Shown here piece by piece: positions 56,601 through 64,000 of a stretch of 64,000 nt of DNA. The stretch spans positions 186,001 to 250,000 of the forward strand of contig NW_013657678.1 in assembly GCF_000142905.1 (NCBI RefSeq). The letters are read 5' to 3'. Below the pieces are notes generated by a model, which saw only the letters and a program-made list of their open reading frames with translations, did not search any database and was not told the origin of the DNA. How positions within the stretch are numbered: position 1 is the stretch's first letter; each line of letters opens with the position of its first letter. Origin of the DNA: Thecamonas trahens ATCC 50062. Taxonomy: Eukaryota > Protista > Apusomonadida. The position numbers were made by a program, and so were the translations under genes.

Positions 56601-57719
56601 TTTGTGCTCTTTGATTGTACTCGGCTCCCGAACGGAGACTGGGTCCTTGATGCCGATCCAGGCGTGGGCTGCTTTGATGAGGCTTGGTGGAGCGTGTTCC
56701 CGGTAGGCATTGGCGGGCTGGCCACGTATGTTATCGGCGTGCCGGCGTACTCGATGCTCGCGCTGATGCGGTCGCAGCACCAGTTGTTGGAACCTGCCAC
56801 GTTTGCGCGATACGGCGAGCTGTACAAGCTCTACCGAGTCCCGTTTTACTGGGGCGGGGTGGCAGATCTGGGCAAGCGGCTTGCAATTGTGTGTACAGCC
56901 GTGTTTGTGTCTGACAGGCAGATTCCACAGATCGGGGTGCTGCTAACCATCCTGCTCTCAGCCTCGTGGGCCGTGCTCTCGTTCAAGCCGTACTACTATC
57001 CACTGTACAATCGGCTCGACTTCCAGCTCACAGTGGTTCTTGTGGTCATCTTGCTCCTGGGCGCGGCGTCACACGCGGATCCGGAGGCTGCAGACACGCT
57101 GTTTGTGCCCGTGGTCCTCATGCTCGTCATCCTGTGCTTCATTGGCGCGCGCGCGCTCTTTACCGACCTCCTCCAGATAGTGCGCTCGCGGCGCAACAGA
57201 TACTCGCCGGCGCATGATCGGGCCCGCCGGCTGGCGCGGCAGCTTGAGCGCGAAGTGCCGGATATGGCGCCCGAGCTGGGCGAGGCCGTCGCCGCTGTCG
57301 CCGTCCGCCTCGGCGAGGGCGAAGGCGAGTGGAGCTCGGACGGCGGGATGGCGCTGACCACCGTCGCCCTGGGCTCCTCGAACTCGTCCGAGGCTGGACC
57401 CGGATCTGCGCTCGTCGACGTGAGTTTGAGCGTGAGCTCGGATTCCAGTTCGGGTTTGGAATCGAGACGGAGCTCTCGCAGGTCGGCCCTCAGCTCATCG
57501 TCCAGCCGCTCGTCGTCGTGGAAGGCATCGAACCCGAGCTCTGCGCACTCGTCGAGCCGGCGGACGCATCCTTCGCTCCCACTGGTGGGTGTGGTCCAGG
57601 CCAAGCCGCTGAGCAGTAGGCAACCATCGCGCCGCAACCGTCCAAGCCTCTCTGGACGGCGGCGATCTTCGGCGGTCTGGCCGCAGTCGGGAGGCCGCCA
57701 AGGTCGCGACGAGCCGTGA
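50680..57719 (+). CDS. Giant surface protein: signal peptide, FG-GAP/DxDGDG repeats, beta-helix (GGA[IL]) repeats, Cys-rich repeats, multi-TM C-terminus; 1-nt frameshift ~55268
   Basis: Many DVDGDGDxD repeats, GGALY/GGAI/GGGLF repeats, CxxCPxG and GYY motifs, several TM helices. The two ORFs join with one extra G. Confidence 0.85.
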
Positions 57720-57845
57720 GGTCTGGGTCTCACCGCAACACGACGACCCGGCGACCTGCGGACGGCAGACGGCAGACAGCAGACAGTAGCCGAGACAAGC
57801 TAAACGTTTCACAACGCACTCACCCTGACTCGACTCTACACAACC

Positions 57846-59429
57846 ATGTCTCTAGAGCAGGGCAGTGCATCGGCCGAGGCGAGGGCAACAGCCGGGGCGG
57901 CCATGGCGGCGGCGGTAGCGACGCTGGCGGCGGCGTTGGAGGGTCTGCCTGCGGCCGGAGCAGTTGAGGCTGTGGCGACGGCCATGGGCGACGTGCTGAC
58001 GTGCGCAGCGGCAGGTGGGCGGCCGCGTGCGACCGAAGTTGGGCCGGGCTTTCCGCACGCGGCACTGGTGGCGAGCCTGGAGGCGGTGGTGCCCGAGTCG
58101 ACCGACGACGATGCGGTGTGCCAGGTGGTGGCGCTGGTGGCCGCGGCGCCTGCGGAGCTCCCGCCTGTCTACGCCTCGCTTGCAGCGGCGCTGCTCGGCC
58201 TCGCTGGCGACGAGGTGCCACTGCGGCGGATGGGCCTCGCGCTGGAACTGGTCGAAGCGCGGCTGCCAGTCCTGCCGTCCCAGACGGCGCCGTGGGGCGC
58301 GCTGCTGTGGCGGACTCTCGCCCGCGACGACCTTGGGCTTGCAGCGCGGGCGAACGCGGCACTTGTGCGGCTTGCGGCTGCGGGTTCGGCGACGGTCTTT
58401 GCGCCCGAAGCGCTGGCGTGGGTCCAGGGGGCCTCGTTTACCCGTGATGGCGAGCTTGTTGCGCTTCGGGTGTGGGAGGCGCTGGTGGCGATTGCAGGTG
58501 CGGAGCCGACGGCGGCGCCGGTGGCGGCTGTGGCCGAGCACAAGCTGCTGGCGCCGCTACTGGAGACGCTGGCAGACCCGAGCGTCGACGTGCTCATCCA
58601 GCTCAACATGCTCGAGCTTGTGGTGGCCGCGGTCCAGACTCGGGCTGGACGTGAGCTGCTCACCGGGTCGACGCTTGAGGCGCTGGCAAGTGTGGCGCTG
58701 GCGAGTGAGACGCTTCGGCCGATACGAGCCTCGCTGTTGCACATTGTGGCGCCGCAGGTGGCGCACGTGGCGCCGCACCTTGATCTTGTGGCGCTTATGG
58801 CTGCACTGAGCAGCGACGACGCCTCGCTCGGCTTTGGCTCGCTTGGCCTAGCGCTCTCGACGCCGGAAGGGTTCGACGCGGTCATGGGCCACGCCGACGG
58901 CCCGGGGTTGGTGGCGCTGGCGGCTGAGACTGCGCTGGCAGAGCCCGGCTCGCCGCTACACGCACCGGCCGACACGGTTGCGGCGCTGCACTCGCTCGGT
59001 GGCGCGCTGTCGAGCCTGCCAGACGAGGCGTCGGCGCGGCTGCTGGCCATTGTGACGGCGGCCGAGTCTGCTGGCGGAGCGGCGCTGCTCTCGCGACGCG
59101 AGCTGCCGTTCCCTGAGCAGCGCGTGGCAGTCTACGGGTTCCTAGCCGGTGCCGCAAGAAGCGGTGCCGGCATCGAGTGGCTGGCAGCGCTCCCGGGCTT
59201 TATGAGCCTCGTCTCGAACATTGCGTCGGACGTGGACAAGGCGTCGCTCGAGGCCAAGCACCGCATGGTCTGCGCCATGACTGGTCACCCGGCGTCTGCG
59301 CTTGCCGCCGCCTTTGGGGACAACAGTGGGGCCCGCATCGCCCAGCTCGCCGAGTCTGGCATCCTCACGCCCGAGTCTGGCGTTGGCGGATCGCCGGCCG
59401 CCATGCTCCCGCCGGTGACCATTGCCTAG
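57846..59429 (+). CDS. PSMD5: 26S proteasome assembly chaperone S5b/Hsm3 (ARM/HEAT)
   Basis: DVLIQLNMLELV, PFPEQRVAVYGFL, LPGFMSLV, KASLEAKH. Confidence 0.72.
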   Translation: MSLEQGSASAEARATAGAAMAAAVATLAAALEGLPAAGAVEAVATAMGDVLTCAAAGGRPRATEVGPGFPHAALVASLEAVVPESTDDDAVCQVVALVAAAPAELPPVYASLAAALLGLAGDEVPLRRMGLALELVEARLPVLPSQTAPWGALLWRTLARDDLGLAARANAALVRLAAAGSATVFAPEALAWVQGASFTRDGELVALRVWEALVAIAGAEPTAAPVAAVAEHKLLAPLLETLADPSVDVLIQLNMLELVVAAVQTRAGRELLTGSTLEALASVALASETLRPIRASLLHIVAPQVAHVAPHLDLVALMAALSSDDASLGFGSLGLALSTPEGFDAVMGHADGPGLVALAAETALAEPGSPLHAPADTVAALHSLGGALSSLPDEASARLLAIVTAAESAGGAALLSRRELPFPEQRVAVYGFLAGAARSGAGIEWLAALPGFMSLVSNIASDVDKASLEAKHRMVCAMTGHPASALAAAFGDNSGARIAQLAESGILTPESGVGGSPAAMLPPVTIA

Positions 59430-59728
59430 CCAATCGACGTTGTATGGCTGGGGCTTGAGGTTTGCCAGCCGACACTGGTGCCTTGGACGAGCCCGAATCG
59501 GAGTGAGAGCCCCCCCCCCCGTTTGGTCAGTGGCCAAGCGCCAGCCCCCGTTTGGGGCGAGAGCCAGCGCCGTAAAGAGCCAACATGAATGGAATGAGAA
59601 TGGGCGACAGCCCGGCCGAACGACCACCGCACGCCTCTCTCTGCACACGCTGCGGTACGTGACAAATGTACCCCCTCCCCCCCTACCCTCCCCCGCCCCT
59701 CCTCACTAACCTCTCCGAACAACCTCAG

Positions 59729-60217
59729 GTTCCCGTCCGAGTACGTCCCGACGGTCCCGTGCCCCGCCCGTGCTCCCCAACCCCACCGGCGAGCCGTACA
59801 CCCTTGGGCTGTTTGATACTGCCGGTCAGGAAGATTACGACCGGCTCCTCACTCCCCCCACCACCACCGGTACTCCGCTTGCCACGGACCCCCACCTCCA
59901 CCTCCCTGCCCCCACCAACTACCCTTCTTCTGGATACAGCCCATACTAGCATGCAGACCATTAAGTGTGTCGTGGTCGGTGACGGAGCCGTCGGAAAGAC
60001 CTGCGACTCGGCTACCCTGGAGAAGCTGCGCAACGGCGGTCAGTCGCCGATCACCCGTGAGATGGGCGAGAAGATGGCCAAGGAGACTCGTGCCTCCAAG
60101 TACCTCGAGTGTTCGGCCCTGACCCAGGAAGGCCTCAAGACCACCTTTGACGAGGCCATCATGGCTGCGCTCCTCCCGCCGGTCACCACCAAGGAGAAGA
60201 AGTGCGCTTTGCTGTGA
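59729..60217 (+). pseudogene. CDC42: Cdc42 GTPase locus, fragmented and out of order (pseudogene, misassembly or scrambled gene)
   Basis: FPSEYVPTV (59730-59756) and [20 protein letters not shown] (59788-59847) precede [18 protein letters not shown] (59951-60004), which is fused to the C-terminal YLECSALTQ...CALL. Confidence 0.8.
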
Positions 60218-60308
60218 TTACTCTCGCTCCCCCCCCCTCCCCCCGCCCCGCCGTCCCGCCGCCCCTAGTACACGACCCCAAACACCGTTTACACAGCCGT
60301 TCGTTCTC

Positions 60309-62747
60309 TTACTCAACGCTCGCAACGGTGGCATGCGACGCAGCCAGAGTGGTGCCAGCCGCAGATGACGACTCGGTGGTGCACTCGTTGCTGGGCTCTT
60401 CTGCTTGCCCAGCCCGCTCTTCGGCGCGGCTGGCTTCGATTTCACGCAAGGCAGCATCCTGGTCGGCCAGAAAGCCATCAACCGGCGTCTCTCCGGCAAC
60501 AACAACGTACTGAGAGGTGTCCAAGGCATCAAGGAAGGCGGCGCGCAAGACATCGAACCGCGCGATGACGTCGTAGGCAACTGGCGCGTCGACCATGGCG
60601 TCAAGGCTCTCTGGGCGCGAGGTCTTGCGCTTCGCACGCATGGCGGTGAGCTTGGAGCCCATGAATCGCGAGGCTGACCGGAGCCGCGACGCAAGATTGG
60701 CCGAGACCGGGCCATCGTGAGAGGCGTTGTCGGACGGGATGTCGCCGTCACTGTCAAACACCTTTTCCAGCGCTGCGGCCATTGCCACCCGCTCGACGTC
60801 TGGCAGCGGAACGAGAGGGTCGTTGAGAATGAGGAGAGAGGCGAGGGCAGCCCATGCGCGCGCCGAGAGCTTGGGGCCGATCGAGGGCGCCGAACCGACA
60901 AGCAGGCGCTGGAGCGAAGACATGGCCTGCACCGCAGCCTTGGCCGAGACGGGCGAGTCGGGCGTGGCGCCCGGTGAGGTCTCGTCGTCAATCCGCACAA
61001 AGTCGTCGAAAAAGTCACGGAGTGCGACTTGCTGCTCGGCGCAGAACGAGTTAAGCAAGTTCATCGGCGACGACGCGGGCGGCGTGACGCCATTGGCCAT
61101 GTTCTGGAGCGTCTTGGCCACTAGCACGAGGGTGCGGCGGACAGGGCGCGCAGGTGTCTCGTCGACAAGACCAAAGACCGAGGGCGAGACAATGGCCGGA
61201 CAGTAAAAACGAAGGAAGAGAAAGCCGCCGAGTGCCCGGTACACAAACTCGGGTCGCGACGGCCACTGGCGGGCGACTGCAGCCTGGAGGTACTGGCAGA
61301 CGAACCTAAAGGCGAGCGGCACAAACTTGGAGGAGAAGAGAATGGCGGCAAGGAACGAGGAGCACTCGCGGGTGAGCGCCTCAGCGCTGGCGGCCTGCGC
61401 TGCGGCGGCAGCTTCAGGCGACATCTCGCCCATGCGCTGCGGATCGATCTCCAACGCAACCGAGCGGAAGACGAGGTCGAGGACCATCGGGCCGATCGAC
61501 GCTTCCAGGTAGTCGCGCCCGATGAGTACCGCAAACTGCTTCATGAACTTGGTCAGCGGCGAATCGGTCCGGAACAACGTGGTGTAGTCTTCGGTGGCCG
61601 AGACTTCGTTGTCGATGAAGATCTTGAGCACCGGAAGTGCGACTTGGCGGTAGACTGCGACGTTAGCCAGAGCGTCCATGAACGCTGACCGGTCTCCGAG
61701 CGGGAGCGCGCGGGTGATCCGATAGAGCCGTACAAACGGCGGTGCGAGGAGCCAGGCCTCGAGCGCCTTCAGTGGCGAGTCGATCTTCCACTCGGTCGCC
61801 GCCGGCACTTCGTACTCGTCGTTGTCGTTCGAATCCGACATGTTGGCCGAGTGGGCCGGTGAGAACCCACGCGGTGTCCGACCGTCTGAATCGCACGAAG
61901 CCGAGCCCGACGACGCGCGGCCGGGGGACGACGATGATGAGCCAGACGCAGGTGTCCGCTCCGGAAGAACAAGCGCGGGCATGTCCGCGGTCGAGGTCGA
62001 TGTTGGGCGAGTGTGCGACTTGCGCGCTTCGCGCCGGCGACGTTTGTACTTTTTGACGCATGCCACCGAGCAGAACGCCTTGTCCTTGGCTTTGATAAAT
62101 TTGGACGAGAGCGCGACCGAGCACTCGGAACAGAGCAGGCACTCGGTGTGCCAGAGGCGGCCCATCGAGCGGACAAAGACCGTGGTCTGCATGTCCTGCT
62201 TGCATCCGTGGCACCGCGGCGCCGTCCCGCCGTTCATGCACACTGTATCGCAGTACGGCCGACCACCCGCCGACACAAACGGCACGTCCAGCAAGCTCTC
62301 GCCGCACAGCTCGCACACAAAGCACGCCGAGTGCCACACAGCGCCGGCTGCTTCCACCCCGGTCCGCTCCACCCCGCCGCGGCACCTCGCGCAGGCTACC
62401 TCGGTCGACCGCGGGCGCTCGCGCTCACAAGCCGCCGTCTGTGCTCCACCCTGCCCCTCCCCTGCCTGCAAGCTCGCTCTCTCGCCAGTCTGCGACCTTG
62501 CCCCCGCGTCTGCCCGCACCCCTTCTCCCTCTTGGTCGCCGCCACTGTCCCGGCTCTCTCCGGCACCCGGCGCAGCGGCGGCAGGCCCTGCCTCAGCAGC
62601 CGGCGTCGGCGAGGCGGGAGCCTCAAGCACGGACTGCGCCGCCAATGTCACAGGCGGGGTCGGGGTCGCCGCGCTGGTCGGTGTGGTGCGCAAAGGCGGT
62701 GTCCCTGGCGTTGGTGGGAGCGCACGTCTCGTGCGCTTGCTGGCCAT
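60309..62747 (-). CDS. LIM-LIM-RasGAP protein
   Basis: Two LIM domains (CARC...WHSACFVCELC...YC; CHGC...WHTECLLCSEC...FC), arginine finger TLFRTDS, FLFLRFYCPAIVSP, AKTLQNMAN. Confidence 0.88.
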   Translation of the reverse strand: MASKRTRRALPPTPGTPPLRTTPTSAATPTPPVTLAAQSVLEAPASPTPAAEAGPAAAAPGAGESRDSGGDQEGEGVRADAGARSQTGERASLQAGEGQGGAQTAACERERPRSTEVACARCRGGVERTGVEAAGAVWHSACFVCELCGESLLDVPFVSAGGRPYCDTVCMNGGTAPRCHGCKQDMQTTVFVRSMGRLWHTECLLCSECSVALSSKFIKAKDKAFCSVACVKKYKRRRREARKSHTRPTSTSTADMPALVLPERTPASGSSSSSPGRASSGSASCDSDGRTPRGFSPAHSANMSDSNDNDEYEVPAATEWKIDSPLKALEAWLLAPPFVRLYRITRALPLGDRSAFMDALANVAVYRQVALPVLKIFIDNEVSATEDYTTLFRTDSPLTKFMKQFAVLIGRDYLEASIGPMVLDLVFRSVALEIDPQRMGEMSPEAAAAAQAASAEALTRECSSFLAAILFSSKFVPLAFRFVCQYLQAAVARQWPSRPEFVYRALGGFLFLRFYCPAIVSPSVFGLVDETPARPVRRTLVLVAKTLQNMANGVTPPASSPMNLLNSFCAEQQVALRDFFDDFVRIDDETSPGATPDSPVSAKAAVQAMSSLQRLLVGSAPSIGPKLSARAWAALASLLILNDPLVPLPDVERVAMAAALEKVFDSDGDIPSDNASHDGPVSANLASRLRSASRFMGSKLTAMRAKRKTSRPESLDAMVDAPVAYDVIARFDVLRAAFLDALDTSQYVVVAGETPVDGFLADQDAALREIEASRAEERAGQAEEPSNECTTESSSAAGTTLAASHATVASVE

Positions 62748-62941
62748 GGGCGAGAGACACGTGTCTTATGTTTCGGGGAAGGCCGACGAACGCGTGTGTT
62801 GGTCGGCACGTGCCGGCTGCGCCACTATAGGGAGGGGGGGGGGGGGGGGCACTGGAGCGCAGTAGCGCGGATTGTTTGTAATGGCTCTCTCTAGGGCAAG
62901 TGCTGGGCGGTAGCGCTGAGGTCATGGGTTGGGCCCAACGG

Positions 62942-64000
62942 CTACAGGAAAGCATCGGTGCCGCGGCGGGACTTGCGCCGCCGCGCGTGACGGCGCGAGT
63001 GAGCTGACTGGCGGAGTGCGCGGCGCGACGAGCGGCGGCGCGGTGAGCCTGGAGTGGCGCGGGTGGATGACGATGACGACGAAGGAAGACAAGCCGGGCG
63101 GTCGTGGAACTTTTCACCGCCGCGAACAACGTAGATGCCAATGATGGCCTCGCCGCAGCCAGTGCACACGGTGCCGGTGGCGAGCGCAAAGTGCTCGGAG
63201 CAGTATGGTTGTCCCTCAAACTCGAAGAACTCGCCCGAGGGGAACGGCTCGTTGCAGACGGCGCAGACGAAGCACTCTTGGTGCCAGGCAACGCCCAGCG
63301 CAGAGATGGCAACTCCGCGGATGATCGAGTCCGGACAGCCCTGTCGGGCACAATGTGGTGAGAAGAGCTCGTGGTAGTGGGCCTCGCAGTACGGCAGGCC
63401 ATTGTGCGGGATAAAGGTGAGGTTATCAAACGGCTTGCGATCGTAGGCGCACACAAAGTGGTTCGGATGGAATACGCAGTCCATGGCCAAGACTGCCGAG
63501 CCAAAGATCGCCTCCTTGCACATGGCGCACTCGCGCCCGTCGCCCTCTTCAGTCACAAATCGGGTGTGCCCGTCGTGGACCTCGCGGAGTTCCTCAGTCT
63601 CCCACTGCAGCGACCGCGACGGCTGGAACTCTTCCACTGACTTGTTGAGCTCCAGAATTGAGCCCATCGACGGGCTTGCCGCCGCCGGCGGCGGCGCCCG
63701 AGGCGGTTTTGGCTTGCGTGGCGGCGAAGCTACCTTTGACGACGACGCAGTCGAGACACGCGATCGAGCCTTGCGTGGGCTTCGCTTGACTGATGTAAAC
63801 TTGGGCTGGACTCGCGGGATTGCTCTTTGCGGCGAGCCCGGATTGCCCGGTGACGCGGTCAGCAGATGCGAGCGGTCGGCCATGAACTTTTCGTACAGCT
63901 CGCGCGACGAGCGTTGGCTCCGCGGCGACGCGCCTGTAGGCGGGGCAGGATCGGCGGCAGCCACCGGCGCCGCTGCTGCTGCCGTCGTCCCGGCGTAGAC
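62942..64000 (-). CDS. Paxillin-like multi-LIM protein (5' end may extend beyond window)
   Basis: CAMC...FHPNHFVCAYD...PYCEAHYHELFSPHCA, WHQECFVCAVC...GQPYCSEHF, partial third LIM. Confidence 0.82.
   Translation of the reverse strand, partial: VYAGTTAAAAAPVAAADPAPPTGASPRSQRSSRELYEKFMADRSHLLTASPGNPGSPQRAIPRVQPKFTSVKRSPRKARSRVSTASSSKVASPPRKPKPPRAPPPAAASPSMGSILELNKSVEEFQPSRSLQWETEELREVHDGHTRFVTEEGDGRECAMCKEAIFGSAVLAMDCVFHPNHFVCAYDRKPFDNLTFIPHNGLPYCEAHYHELFSPHCARQGCPDSIIRGVAISALGVAWHQECFVCAVCNEPFPSGEFFEFEGQPYCSEHFALATGTVCTGCGEAIIGIYVVRGGEKFHDRPACLPSSSSSSTRATPGSPRRRSSRRALRQSAHSRRHARRRKSRRGTDAFL

Noticed and set aside
1-64000. tRNA, rRNA or transposable elements
   Set aside because: None recognisable by eye; tRNAscan-SE, Infernal and RepeatMasker would be needed to exclude them

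Overview
Gene-dense, GC-rich eukaryotic nuclear DNA with about 33 protein-coding loci. It has few short C-rich GT-AG introns, poly-C/poly-G and (CA)n intergenic tracts, and one 100-N gap. The style and gene content suggest an apusomonad such as Thecamonas, but that is inference. Most loci are housekeeping genes: thiolase, MFS transporter, GINS Psf2, ABCA, Sec16, Vps22, kinesin-6, PEX11, PHF12-like, ASNSD1, tRNase Z, nicotinamidase, Tim10, Nudix, Prp3, NMNAT-like, PSMD5 and LIM proteins. The strongest finding is an intron-bearing gene at 27550-28473 encoding H2B and H2A fused in one chain. This is the architecture of giant-virus histone doublets, here with an acidic N-terminal tail and head-to-head with a PHD-PHD-FHA chromatin reader. 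Other notable items: a Cdc42 locus whose coding pieces are out of order and partly missing; a Sec16 with about 20 GGFFDNY tandem repeats; a roughly 2350-aa FG-GAP/beta-helix/multi-TM receptor; a loose group of NAD-salvage genes; and convergent gene pairs only 9-23 bp apart. At least nine frameshifts each need one extra base and are most likely sequencing undercalls.
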